Positions 12,155-25,561 of a DNA stretch of 64,000 nt are shown here, one piece after another. The translations under genes and the position numbers were made by a program. The DNA is from Mobula hypostoma (Eukaryota), in the NCBI RefSeq assembly GCF_963921235.1, contig NC_086097.1, forward strand, positions 116,748,001 to 116,812,000. The letters run 5' to 3'. The notes beneath the pieces were generated by a model that saw only the letters and a program-made list of their open reading frames with translations, was not told the DNA's origin and did no database searches. Each line of letters starts with the position of its first letter. Position 1 is the first letter of the stretch.

Positions 12155-14580
12155 GGCAACACACAATACGCTGGAGGAACTCAGCAGGCCAGGCAGGATC
12201 GATGGAAAAGAGTAAACAGTCAACGTTTTGGGCCGAGACCCTTCATTAAGACTGGGAAAAAATAGGTGAGAATGTAGTGCAAGAAATTGGGGGAGAGGAG
12301 AAAGAAGTACAAGGTGGTAGGTGATAGGTGAAACTGGGAAAGGGGGAAGGGGAAGGGGGAGAGCTGGGAAGTTGATTGGGGAACAGATAAAGGGCAGGTG
12401 AAGGCGGAATCTGATAAGAGAGGCAGAAGGCCATGGAAGAAAGAAAAGGGGGAGGAGCACCAGAGGGAGGTGATGGGCAGGTATGGAGGTAAGATGAGAG
12501 AGGGAAAAGGGAGTGGAGAATGGTGAAGGAGTGGGGGCAATTACCAGAAGTTTGAGAAATCGATATTCATGCCGTCTGTTTGGAGGCTACCCAGATTGAA
12601 TGTAAGGTAATGCTCCTCCAACCTCATTGTGGCCTCATTGCGACAGTAGAGGAGGTCACGGACTGACATGTTGGAATGGGAATTGGAAGTAGATTAAAAT
12701 GGGTGGCTATTGGGAGATCCCACATTTTCTACCAGAGCATTGGTGCTCAGTAAAGCAGTCTCCCAATCTATGTCAGGTCTCATTGATATACAGGGGGCCA
12801 CAATGGGAGCACTGGATACAGTAGATGACACCAACAGACTCACATGTGAAGTGTTGCCTCACCTGCTAGTACTGTTAAGGGCCCTGAATGGTAGTGAGGG
12901 AGGAGGTGTAGGGGCAGGTGTGGCACGTGTTCCACTTGCAAGAATAAGTACCGGGCGGGATATCAGTGGGGAGAGACGAATGGACAAGGGAGTCGCATAG
13001 GGATTCATCCCTGCGGAAAGCAGAAAGTTGGGGAAGAGAAAGATGTGCTTGGTGGTGGGATCCCATTGAAGATGGCGGAAGTTATGTGCTGGATGCGGAG
13101 ACTAGTGGGATGGTAGGTGAGGACAAGAGGAGCTCTATCTCTGGTGGGGTGGTGGGAGGACGGGGTAAGGGCAGACCTGTGCGAAATGGAAGAGATGCGG
13201 GTGAGGGCAACATTGATGGTGGAGGAAGGAAAGCCTACTCCTTTGAAGAAGGAGTTTCTCATTAGTTCTGGAATGAAAAGACTCATCCTGAGAGTAGATG
13301 CGGCAGAGACGGAGGAGAAGTCATTTTTATTAGTGACAGGGCGGGAAGAGGTATAGTCTAGGTAGCTGTGAGAATCAGTGGGTTTATAAAAGATATCAGT
13401 AGATAAACTGTCTCCTGAGATAGAGACAGAGAGACTGAGAAAGGGGAGGGAGGTATCAGAAATGGACCAGGTAAATTTGAGGGCAGGGTGGAAGTTAGAG
13501 GTAAAATTGATGAAGCCGATGAGCTCAGTATGGGTGCAGGAAGCAGCACCAATGCAGTCGTTGATGTAGCGTCGGAAAAGTTGGGGAAGTGATACCCCTG
13601 TAAGATTAGAATGTAGACTGTTTCACATGGCTGACAAAAGGCAGGCATGGCTGGAAGTCATGCGAGTGCCTATGGTTACACCTTTAGTTTTGCAGAAAGT
13701 GGGAGGAGCTGAAGAGAAATTATTGAGAGTGAGGACCAGTTCCACCAGACAGAGGAGAGTGGTGGTGGAGGGGAACAGATGGGGTCTGTTGTTTAGAAAG
13801 AAGCAGTGATCTTTAAGGGCCTCCTCATGGGGGATGGAGGTGCATAGGGACCGAACGTTCATGGTGAAAGTTGGATGATCGGGAACTTGAAGTCGTTGAA
13901 AAGATCCAGAACAAATGTCATGGATGTGGGTAGGAAGGAACGAAACTAAGGTGAATAAAACAGAGTCAAGGTATACAGACACAAGTTCAGTAGGGCAGGA
14001 GCATGCAGAAACAATGGGTCTACCCTGGACAAGCTGGTTTATGGATCTTGCGTAGGTGGTAGAAACGGGAGTTACTGGGTTAGGGATCTATGAGTTTGGT
14101 GGCAATGAAAGGGAGATGCCCAGTGTTAATAAGGTCAGTGATGGCGCGGGTAACAATGGCCTGGTGCTCCTTAGTGGGGTCCTGTTCGAGGGATAAGTAA
14201 GAGGAAGTGTCTGAGAGTTGTCTCTGGCCTCAGCAAGTTGGAGGTCAGTCTGCCAGACTACTACAGCCTCCCTCTTATCTGCAGGTTTGATGGTGAGGTT
14301 GGGATTAGTGCGGAATAGAAAGGTTCATCAAGAGAACAGGGATGGAAGAACTGAGAGAAGGGAATAGAACCCTTAAAAGTGACAGGACGGGAAGAGGTAT
14401 AGTCAAGGTAGCTGTGGGAATCAGTGCATTTGTAGAAGATGTTGGTAGCCAATCCATTTTGAGAAGGAGGCAAAGCGATTAAGAAAGGGGAGAGATGTGT
14501 CAGAGAAGAACCAAATCAATTTGAGGGTAGGATGGAAGTTGGTGGCGCTGTTGAAGAAATTGACAAGCTCTACGTGAATA
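12155..14580 (-). mobile_element. Penelope-like element, decayed RT and GIY-YIG, plus an adjacent second fragment
   Basis: VELVLTLNNFS, KGVTIGTRM, RYINDCIGAASC-like segment, APLVLTYHP and a GIY-YIG remnant at ~12560-12850; second piece DSHSYLDYTSS/SIPFSQF at 14290-14580. Confidence 0.85.
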
Positions 14581-14869
14581 AGACAAGTTTAAACAAAGAA
14601 TGCACTTGCTATTGAATGCAGCAGCCATACCCATGTTAATGAAACTGCAGCTCAAATTGTGAACTTGCAAATACCAGAAATCGAAGCAGGAGAATATGAC
14701 AAGGCTCTTCAAAACTGCTTAGATCATTGCTGGACCTGCTCACTCTCCTACGCAATCGCCATATCCCTGACCCCTTTAAAATTCAAGCATGTATGAAACT
14801 TAATCTTCATACATTCTCTGAGGCATCAAATTCTGAAATATGTAAAGCATTCTTTTCTTGATATCAGAC

Positions 14870-15722
14870 TTCAGAGACAGAGTCAGGTTTATTATCACGG
14901 ACATGTAGCGTGATATTTATTGTTTTGTGGCAGCGGTACAGGGCAATGCAAAAAGAGAATTGCTGTGTTATAATGAGAAATATATAGAGAGATCGTGAAA
15001 AAGGAGAACAAGCTGCTGAGCTCAGTACTCAGAAATCTGATGGTGGAGAGGAAGAAGCCGTTCCTAAAACATTGAGAGCATGGTTTAAGCTCTTGTACCT
15101 CCTCCCATATGGTAGTAATGAGAAGAGAGCTTGTCTGGGATGGTGGGGATCCTTAATGATGGATGCCACCTTCTTGAGGCATCACCTTGTGAAGATGTCC
15201 TTGATGGTGTGGACTGTTGTGCCCAAATGGATTTGGCCGAATCTACATGCCTTCGTGACCTCTTCCATTCCTGTGCATTACAATCTGCATGCTGTACCAG
15301 GTGATGATGCCACCAATCAGGATGCTCTCCCAGGTATGTTTGTAAATATTTGCTATCGTCTTTGGTGGCACACCGAATCTTCTCAAATTCCTAATGAAGC
15401 ATTGCCCCTGGCATGACTTATTTGTAATTGCATCAATATGTTGGGTCTAGGATAGATCTTCAGAGATGTTGACACTCTTGAACCTCACCCTTTCCACTGC
15501 CGATCCCTTGATGAGGACTGGTGTGATTTCCCCTGACTTCCCCTTCCTGAAGTCCACAATCAATTCTTGCTGATGTTGTTATGGTGACACCATTCAAGCT
15601 ACTGATCAAACTACAATCTCATTCCTGGAAGCCTCCCTGTCACCATATGAAATTCTGCCAACAACATGTGTGTCATCAGCATATTTATAGATGGCATTTG
15701 AGCTGTGCCTAGCTACAGAGTC
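14870..15722 (-). mobile_element. Rex1/Babar-type LINE 3' fragment
   Basis: Reverse-strand IIKDPHHP..LFSLLP motif, homologous to the other Rex1 copies in the window. Confidence 0.7.
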
Positions 15723-17460
15723 AATCGTCTTTCATGAGGTAAAGCCTCACAAGGAGTCAGGTCCTGATGGTGTAGCTGGTAGGGCACTGAAAACCTGTGC
15801 CAACCAGCTAGTGGGAGTATTCAAGGACATCTTCAATCTCTCACTGCTGCAATCGAAAGTTCTCATCTGCTTCAAAAGTGCCCAAGAGGGGCAGAGTGAT
15901 CTCCCTCAACAACTGTCACCCAGATGTACTCACATCTACTGTGATGAAGTGTTTTTAGAGGCCAGAATCAACTCCTGCCTAAGCAAGGACCTGGACCCAC
16001 TGGAATGTGCCTATAGGTCTATAGCTGATGCAGATTCACTGTCTTTCTACTCGACCTTGGATCACCTAGACAATAGTGATACTTATGTCTGGCTGTTGTT
16101 TATTGATTACAGCTCAATGTTAACACCATCATACCTTCAGCTCCAAAACCTGGCATCTGTACCTCCCTCTGCAACTGGATCCTTGACTTCCTCACCGGAA
16201 GACCACAGTCAGTGTGGATTGGAAGCCCCCTCTCCTCCTTATTGACATTTCACACTGAGGCTTCTCCAGGATATGTGCTCAGACCACTGCTCAACTCTCC
16301 CTATACCCACTTTAAATGCTTTCTATAAATTTGCTGATGACAACATAACCATTGTTGGCAAAATTTCTGATGGTAACGAGAAGGAATAAAGGAATGAGAT
16401 AGATCAGCTGGTTGATCTTGCACACAATATCAGTAAGACCAAGGAATCGATTTTGGAGTTCAGGTAGAGGAAGTCAAGCGAACACACATCATTCCTTAGT
16501 GAGGGATCAGCAGTTGAAAACGCAACAAGTTTCAAGTTCTTGGTTTTCAATATCTCTGAAGATCTATCCTGGGCCAAACATACAGTTGCAATTACAAAAT
16601 AGGCTTGACAGCAGCTCCGTTGAGAGGGAGAAGCATAAGTCACACGTATCAGCATCACAAAGGAATAGGAGGAATTACAGCAGCATGAGAATGGAGCTTG
16701 CCCAGGTGAATTGGAGGAGGATGCTGGCAGGGATGACGGCAGAGCAGAGATGGCTGAAGTTTCTGGGAATAGTTCACAAGGCACAGGATAGATATGTCGC
16801 AAAGAATAAATTGTTCCCAAATGGCAGGGATGGGCAACTGTGGTTGACAAGGGAAGTTAAGGACTGCATAAAAGCCAAGGAAGGTAGCAAAAGTGAATGG
16901 GAAATTGAATAAATTGGGAAGCTTTAAAATCAAACAAAAGGCAACTAAAAAAGCTATACCAAGGGTAAAGATGGAATATGAGGGCAAACTAGCCAACAAT
17001 ATAAAGCAGGATACTAAAAGTTTTTTCTCAGTTCTGTAAATTGTAAAAGGGAGGTGAAAGATTATATTGGACCACTGGAAAATAATGCTAGTGAGGTTGT
17101 AATGGGGGACAAAGAGTTGCCTCAAAAAGATGGTATCCATCACTGAGGACCCCAGTAACCCAGGACATGCCCTCTTCTCACCGCTATTACCAAGGAGGAG
17201 GTACAGGGGCCTGATACACACTCAACATTTTAGGAACAGCTTCTTCCCGTCTGCCATCAGATCTCTGATAACACTACCTCACTATTTTTTTTGCTCTCTC
17301 TTTGCACTACTCATTTAAGTTATTTAATTTAAATTTTTATTTGAACATTTCTTATCGTAATTTATAGATCTTTATTACGTATTGCAATGTACTGCTGCTA
17401 CAAAGCAACAAATTTTAAGACATGTGCCAGAGATAATCAAACCTGACTCTCATTCTCATG
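15723..17460 (+). mobile_element. Rex1/Babar-type LINE with an internal CR1 ORF2 fragment (~16620-17112)
   Basis: [61 protein letters not shown]. Insert has CR1-like NYSSMRMELAQVNW..WLTREVKDCIK. Confidence 0.8.
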
Positions 17461-18324
17461 TAGATCACATTTCTTCCCCATTCTGATGTTTGGTCTGAAC
17501 AACAACTAAACTTCGTGACCATGTCTGCATGCTTTTATACATTGATTTGCTGATTCGAATTTGCACTAATGAGCAGGGGTACCTAATAAAGTGGCCACTA
17601 TGTGTATATTTAATACCTACAGTATTTATTTATTCACAATAATCTCACCAGCTTCTGCTTTCAAGGGATCCATGATTACTTTTCCACTTTTGTTACTTTT
17701 TGCAGCTGTTAGCTCGAGTTCTGCATTTATATTTACTGCTAATTTTCTCTCCAATTCCATTTACTTCCCCTTCAGTCGTTTCTTGATTAGCCTATGATTC
17801 TCGCAGCCTGTTCCCCTTTGAGGACCATGGTTGCAATTGTGATTAAGTGTGCTGATAGGGATTTAATTTCCAATAGAAATCCTTGTGGATTGGAAGTTAA
17901 TCCGAGTGGACAACACCACAGTAGGGATGCCCTATTAGGAAGGGTGTTTGAGTAAATTACATCCATAAAAAGTTTGTGATGGTCGATTTTCACAACTGTT
18001 GGTGAGGTTGACGTGGGGTGCACAGGCTTTGAAAACTGCCAGAGACGGCTTGCTGTGAGCACAGCTGCTGATCAGCTGCCAGGAGGATCTGACAATGAAT
18101 ATTACAGCTTCACGGCTGCTGTCTTCAATAACTCTGTGAAAAACTTTCTTCACAGGGGTTTTGTTGGTTTTTCTAGTAGTCAGCAAGAGCGGATTTGAGC
18201 TAAAGTTATGAACAGTTTGGGATTTCCTCGTTGGCTTAACACTATTAACAGTTTTCCACCAAGTCGTCACAAATAAAGTCTTGAAAGGATCTGTTTGTAC
18301 AAATTTAATCTGCCGTAAAGGCAT

Positions 18325-19440
18325 GGAGTCAGAATCATGGAAACAGGCCCTTTGGCACACCGAATATCAAACACCCATTTTCACTGACCCTACACTGGTC
18401 ATATTTTATTTATTCTCCCCATAGTCCTTTCAACTCTGCCTGGGTTCTGCTACTCAGAGTCATAGAGCAATACAGAACTGGTACAGGCCCTTCTGCCAAA
18501 CCAGTTCATGCCGACAAACAGTTAGTGCCAATTTCTTGCATTCAGCCCATATCCCTCTAAGCCCCAACTCTGCATTTACCTATTAAGTGCTTCTTCAATA
18601 AAACTATTGAACCTGCCTCAACCATTTCCTTTGGAAGCTTGTTTCATACCGTCACCACCCTTTGCATGAAAATGTTGTCCTACAAGTCTCCTTTAAGCCT
18701 TTCCTCTCTAAATTTAAGTCTATAACCTGGGGAAAGGACTGCTACCATCCACCTTATCTATAATTCTGTCAGTTCACCCTTCATTCTCCTACATTCCACA
18801 GTCTGAAGGCCTGGCCAACCTCTCCATATAACTCAGCTGTCTAGTCCTGGCAACGTCCTTGTAAATCTTTTCTACACTATCTTCAATTTAACTATGACTT
18901 TTCTGTAACAGGGTGATTAAAACTGTACACAGTACTTCAAGTGCCTCCTCACTACTGATTTATACAATTGTGAAATAATGTCTCAAGTGCTCTAACCAGT
19001 GTTAAAGGCAAACATGTCAAATGCCTTTTTCGCCACCATGTCTACCTGTGATTCTGTTTTCAATGAGCTATGCACTTGTCTGTCTATGTCCCTATGTTTA
19101 ATTACACTCCTTGCTGCCCTACACCGTTCGTTGTATGTCCTGTGCTGGTTTAACTTTCCAAATTACATCCCTTCACACTTCACTGTTTTGAAAATCCATT
19201 TACTACTCCTCAGCCCACCTCCCTAATTGATCAACACCCCTGTAAATGACAAGAGCACTAAGGGAAATTTACAGTAACCAACTAACTCACTATCCCACCA
19301 GTGTTTGGGAGGTGGGACGAAAGTGAACAGTGAGAGGAAGCGGACGTAATCACAGGGCAAATGAGCAAAACTCCACACAGACGGCACCTGAGGTCACATG
19401 GAATTTGAGTTGCTGTAACAGCTCTGCTAGCTGGCAATCA
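18325..19440 (-). mobile_element. Cluster of decayed CR1 3' fragments and a SINE
   Basis: Reverse-strand CR1 3' UTR and VRP.LEYCVQF-like sequence; SINE-like AAACTCCACACAGAC motif. Confidence 0.55.
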
Positions 19441-20374
19441 TGCCTCGAAAGACGCTCAGATGGTACCCAGTTCAGATGAATGAGCGTGGCTTGATGAGGA
19501 AAAAGTTCTGACAGTGGTAACTGTCAGACCATCAGCTCCTGATTTACAACAGGCATGCATAAGGTCCTGCTAATGACATTAAGGTCCATCTCCTTTATTG
19601 ACGTTACCCAGCAGATGGGTGGAGGGTTATCCCTCATTCCTTGCCTCTCCCTGGTGTTCCATACTGTGTTTTCCAAGAATTGATGTTGCAGGAACTGGAT
19701 TGATAAGTGAATAAATGGCAGGGTGGATGGATTCAAGATGGTTTATTGTCATTTCCTGTGCGCAAGTGTGAAGGAGAATGAAATAAATGTTACTCCAGGT
19801 CCAAATGCAGCACAAAAAGCACAAAAGAGAAAGAACACAATAATAATATGAAAAAAAAACAACCAATATAAACACGGGAAAGTCTACAGATGCTGGAAAT
19901 CCAATGCAAGACATACAAAATGCTGGAGGAACTCGGCAGGTCAGGCAGAATCTATGGAAACAAATAGATAGTCGGCATTTCGTGCCAAGTCCCTTCTTCA
20001 GGACTGAGAAGGAAGGGGGAAGATGCCAGAATAGATAAGGTTGGGGGAGAAGAAGAAAGTTGGCTGGAAAGTGATAAGTAAATACAAATATACAAATATA
20101 AATGCTTATATACATAGATTGATTGTACGTCCATAAACTAATGCTAGTCTGTACATCAGGTGACTGACAGAAAATAATACAACAGTGGTGGGGTAGTGGG
20201 TGACGTGTTGATCAGCCTTACAGATTGAGGAGAGTCGCTTTTCTTGAGTCTGATTGTCCCGATGAGGTTGCTACTCTTCCTGATGGGAGTGGGACAAACA
20301 GTCCGTGAGCAGGGTGGATGGATAAATGTATTGGTAGATGAGGAATATTTGTTGAAGGTGACTGTAAGACAGAA

Positions 20375-20558
20375 TAAACTCTTCTAGGGCTTCCAGCCGG
20401 ACACAGGTGTTGATTATAACCAACGTTTTGGTGCATCATCCTGAAGGAGCTGGCAGAGTTTGGCATCAAAATGTCAGTGATAATCAATGCTTGTACCCGG
20501 CTGGAAGCCCGAGAAGAGTTTACATGCCATATACGCCAGGAAAACACTAGATCCTTTT
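20375..20558. mobile_element. Short palindromic insertion, probably Penelope-derived, with TSD
   Basis: ~55-bp imperfect inverted repeat spanning 20376-20521, flanked by TGTAAGACAGAA and TGTAAGACGGAA. Confidence 0.6.
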
Positions 20559-21799
20559 TGTAAGACGGAACTTTGCTGTTTTACAAATACAATTTTGAAT
20601 GTTGCATTGGATGGCAAAAAAGGGAGGTAAACAGAAAGGTACGATGGTTTGAAATAACTAGATTAACAGGCACATAAGAATGAGGGTGAAGGTGATTCTA
20701 TGCTCATTTTTCTGACCTATTGAGGTGATTAAACTGCCTGTGCTATTGGATATCATTGCCGACCTCTGCATTATTTGGAAAAGATTTTTTCTTGGCATTT
20801 ATAGACCCCGGCAATGACATGTGGTGATGTTTCAGTGACTCGGGCCCAGTTATGCATCTGTTTTCTGGTTCTTCGCCCTTTCATGAAGTTCAGGTGTCTG
20901 TGGAATCCATTGTTTTTGACAGGGTTTTAAGTGGCGGAACTGGAACTGAATGCCATGTGTCACCACTGCTGCTCAGCCATTTGTTTGCAAATAAAGGAGG
21001 AGATGATATTTAAGTGGAGTGTCTGAGCCATTGTGACTTCTGACAACCTCCTTCCAAAAACATTGGATTCACTGTTCACTAGCCAGCTCCAGCCGTCCCA
21101 AGCCAGAAAAGCAAATGTGTCCCTTTGTGTGTACTGAGTCAGGGCAAAAGATCATTGGCTAACTGAGCAATGGGATGCCAGTGCCTTACTTTTAAATCCC
21201 TTCAATATTAGCTGCTCCTATTTCAGATATAATGGTAGCTCATATGCCTATGATGAAAAAAATTCTCCAAAATGCACAATATTCTGTAATCTGGTTTTGT
21301 CCTCCAAGTCAATGCTAACTTCAGTACAAAATAAACCATAATAAAAAGAGAAGATACGGAGAAACTCTGTGATATATGCAGAAAGAGGAACAGTGAATGT
21401 ATCGACTGCAGATGTGAATCATTGACTGTTTCTTTTTCCACATATGCTGCTAAACCTGCTGAGTATTTCCTGTATTATCTGCTTTTATTCCTGATTTCAA
21501 GCACCTGCAGCATTTAATTTTATTTCCGTTTATTCTAGTTTTATTGTTAAAGTGTTCTACAGATTTAACTACTATTAGCTTAGAGGAAGAAACTACACTC
21601 AGAGACATACATGGAACGAATACATCAGCATCTCTGATATTAGTGGCACATATCTTCTACATGAAAGCCCAAAAGGCTGCAGACCGAAGTTGACAAGTCC
21701 AAAGGTAGAGGTCTGAAAGTCAAATCTTTCATTCCGGTCCAGAGACTATGGATTGGAGGCCCAGTGGCTGAGAGTCTGGGGCTAAGGACTGGAGGCCCA

Positions 21800-21802
<3 letters not shown>

Positions 21803-21831
<29 letters not shown>
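21803..21831. repeat. (GT)n microsatellite
   Basis: Direct reading. Confidence 0.95.
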
Positions 21832-21833
<2 letters not shown>

Positions 21834-22599
21834 GTATTGGGAAGTTGGAGTTGGCGGGTGGGAAATTGGAAAGGGGGCTTGGTTTTCTCTTGTTGTCTTG
21901 TGTTGCTCTGTTGCTGTTGTTCTGCATTGTGTGTTGTGTTGAACATTGTGGGCATGCTAGGTTGGCATCAGAATGTGTGATGGTACCTGCAGGCTGCCCT
22001 CAGCACATCCTTGGGTGCATTAGTTATTAATGCAACAATACGTTTCATTGCATGTTTCAATGCTCATGTGCTGAATACGTTTGAATCTAGTGTTTGCCTC
22101 CACTACTAATCAGGTTTTAGACATGTCTAAATGCAGGAATACTAGCTGATCTTCAATGATTTCCTCATTCTAGTCTATCATTGGACTCAACATTGAGTCC
22201 ATTAGTGTAGTGTGATCCATAGATGACCCAATAGTTATTCCGGAAGTTCTACCCACTGAACTTTTGCAAAGTTAGACCCATTGAGTCCATTAGCCTAGTG
22301 CAATCCATAGATGGCCCAGTAGTTATGCTGAACCTCTGGCAAGGTGCTCCTGGTGCAAGTACAGTGATCCTATCTATTTAATTGAAGAGGAAAGGTTATA
22401 TGAGTGAATGGTAGGTCAAAGGTACTCTATATCTTAAATGAGTTGAAAAGCCTACAAAAAGTGATGGATACTATTATCTATTTAATAATTCAGTACTTTC
22501 TGAGTGATATTACATATATTATTTGATTAAGCATTCTTTGTTTGTTTAAATAATTAATTCTGTGTTATTTGTAAAAATACCTGAATAGCAGATGTCATT

Positions 22600-25303
22600 A
22601 TGGGATGTGCTCTGTCATCTACATGGAGAGGACATTAATGGACTGACAGACTACATGACAGGGTACATCAACTTCTGTGTAGATAATACTGTACACTGTA
22701 TTAGTGTACAACTGGGGCTGTATTAGTCTACAACCAGGATTGTATTAGTCTACAACTAGGACTGTACACTCTTTCCCAAACAATAAGCCTTGGGTCACCA
22801 AAGACATCAAAGCCATACCAAACAGGAAGAAGAGGGCATTCAGAGATGGAAATAGGGAGGGGATGAGGCTGGTTCAGAAGGGACTGAGGGAGAAGATTGC
22901 CTAGGGCAAGGATTGCTACAGGAGGATGCTGGAGAGGAAACTGCAGCAGAACAACACAAAGGATGTGTGGAGTGGTATGAAAACAATCGCTGTACAAAAA
23001 GACCAGAGAGCAGATGATTGAAGGGCACTTGGACAGACCCAACAAGTTAAACTGCTTTTTCAACAGGTTTGATGAGGAGGCTTTTGTTCACCGCTTTACA
23101 ACCCCTCTGCTCTAGCTCCTCTGCTCTTATCCCTCACTCTCTGTCGCTCTCCAAGGGCACCGGATAGCCAACGACCACAGACACACGGACTGTCACTGCT
23201 CAGCAGGTGAGGGGAGAGCTCATCAGGCTTCACCCAGGCAAGGCTGTGGGACTGGACGCATCAGCCCAAGATGTGTGCTACTCAGCTGGGTGCAGTCTTT
23301 CAATACATCTTTAAACTGAGCCTGAGCCTGGAGAGGTCCCTGTGTTGTGGAGTACATCCTGCCTAGGTTCAGTACCCAAGAAGACATGTCCCACCACTTC
23401 CTATGACCACAGTCCAGTGGCACTGACCTCACTTTTTATGAAATCATTAGAAAGACTGGTCCTGATACACCTTCAGACCACTGTAAATCCATCACTGGAC
23501 CCCGCAGTTTGCTTACCAACCACATATTGGAGTCAAGGACGCTATTATCTTCCTGCTTCAGTGGGCTCACTCCCATCTGGATGAGCTAGACAGTACTATC
23601 AGAGTCATTTTCTTTGACTTCTCCAGTGCTTTTAATACCATACGACCTGCTTTACTAGGGAGTAAGCTCACGGAGATGCAGGTGGATATTCCACTAGTGT
23701 CCTGGATTACAGACTACCTATCCAGACGGCCACAGTATGTGAGACTGCAGAACTGGTTATCAGATTCTGTGGTTTTCAGTGCAGGAGCACCTCAGGGGAC
23801 TGTCCTGCCCCCCTTCCTGTTCACCTGGGACTTCAGATACAACTCACAGACCTACCACCTGCAGAGGTTTTCGGGCAACTTGGCAGCTGTGAGCTGTATC
23901 GGCCAGGGACTAGAGGCTGAGTACAGAAGAGTGGTGGACAACTTTATTGAGTGCTGTGGGCTGAATCACCTGCAGTTCAACATCACTAAGTCAAAGGCGT
24001 TGGTAGTGGACTTCATGAAGGTGAAAACACCCTGCATTCCCATCTCCCATCAAAGGAATAGATGTCGAAATCGTCCAGGACTACAAATACCTGGGGACTC
24101 ACCTGGACAATAAACTGAACTGGGCTAAAGTACAGAGGCTCTGTACAAGAAGGGACAGAGCTGACTACTTCCTGAGGAGGATCCGGTGATTCAACGTCTG
24201 CAGAACTATGCTGCAGATGTTCTACGACTTAGTGGTGGCCAGCATTCTATTCTACACTGTAGTCTGTGGGACAACAGGGTGAGAGCAGCTGACACCAAGA
24301 AGATCGATAAGCTCCTCAGGAAGGCTGGTTCTGCTCTGGGGGTGGAACTGGATTCCCTGGTGGTTGTGTCTGAGAGGATGATGCTGCAGAAGCTACGGAG
24401 CATTATGGACAATCCCTCTCAACCACTCCATGGCATTGTGCTCGTCCATTGTCAACATCGATGAGGACCTCGACACCATTATGATGGAGTCGAGACTAAC
24501 ACGTGATTTGGATTTAAGTAAGGGAGAGTTGCGCAGTGTCTGCCTCACTATCTCTTCCCAATTCCCATCTGGATCCAGTGGCAAGACAAGAGTTGAGACG
24601 GCTGGAGATGGGACTAGGCGCAGTGGATAACCAGGATGTCTTCTGTGTCTTGTCCTGTTCTACGTGTTCCATGACGCTTGCAGAAACTGCCTTCTTGACT
24701 GTTGGACCTTCCATTGGTCTCGTACGTTCAGTCCGCCGGAGTCTGTCTTCTCATGCTGAGATAGACAACTCCCTATCTCACCGAGGGTTTGAGACCCGTC
24801 GGCTACCCTCACCTGGTTTGGCCGGCTTGTCAAAGCCGTTGCCCAGGGTGTGGCCGCTGTCACATGCAAACAGCTACGGGGAGCCACAGGTGAGAGCTGA
24901 GTGCCAGGTGGGGACCAAAGGTGGACTAACCTTTGAAAAGGACGTGACATGTTCCCCCACCAGAGGTGCTACCCCTCCCTGACACCTCAAACACCCCATG
25001 ACATACTGGACAAACACAGGAACACCTTTAGTAATAGACTGATTCCACCAAGGTGCACCACTGAACGTCACAGCAGATCCTCTCTCCCTGTGGCTATATG
25101 ACTGCACAACTCCTCCTCCTTAAGTATATAAGTATACGGTTTCATTGCACATGTGTATTTTACACTATTACTGTTTAATGTACATTTTGTATTCTTTTTC
25201 ATACCTCAGTGCTTATATTTTGCATTTCAAAGTATATATTCTGACTGAGCAACCTTACAACAATAATTTCCTTCGAGATAAATAAAGTTTTATCTTATCT
25301 TAT
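22600..25303 (+). mobile_element. Rex1/Babar-type LINE (~2.2 kb) interrupted by a ~550-bp insertion
   Basis: TGYINFC, FPNNKPWVTKDIK, PVALTSLFMKSLERLV, FFDFSSAFNTI, GAPQGTVLPPFLF, YKYLG; AATAAA plus (ATCTT)n tail. Confidence 0.88.
24440..24995 (-). mobile_element. RTE-related short element (5'-UTR-like) nested in Rex1
   Basis: GC-richer block that splits the Rex1 C-terminal sequence, which resumes at ~24998. Possible degenerate TSD CCATGGCAT/CCATGACAT. Confidence 0.5.
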
Positions 25304-25526
25304 CATATTACACCACCATGTCATAAATGTATGTCTCATTAAAAGTAAAAATGAACAATACACATTTCCTGGTCTCCTCGTGTTTTTCTTGTGGTGAGGA
25401 GGAAGCTTTAAATGAACCCGAGACAGCTATTCACGTGTTGGAGTGCAGCAAGACGTTTGAGTTTAAAAAAAGGCAAAACGTGGACAAGTTCATGGGTTCA
25501 TAAACAGTGAGTACCAGGTAGTAGTA

Positions 25527-25561
<35 letters not shown>

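Noticed and set aside
14870..17460. Single Rex1 with twin-priming inversion
   Set aside because: The two oppositely oriented pieces overlap in homologous 3' sequence and each has its own tail, so they are two insertions.
22191..22330. Two ~50-bp direct repeats about 88 bp apart
   Set aside because: Diverged local duplication with no supporting structure.
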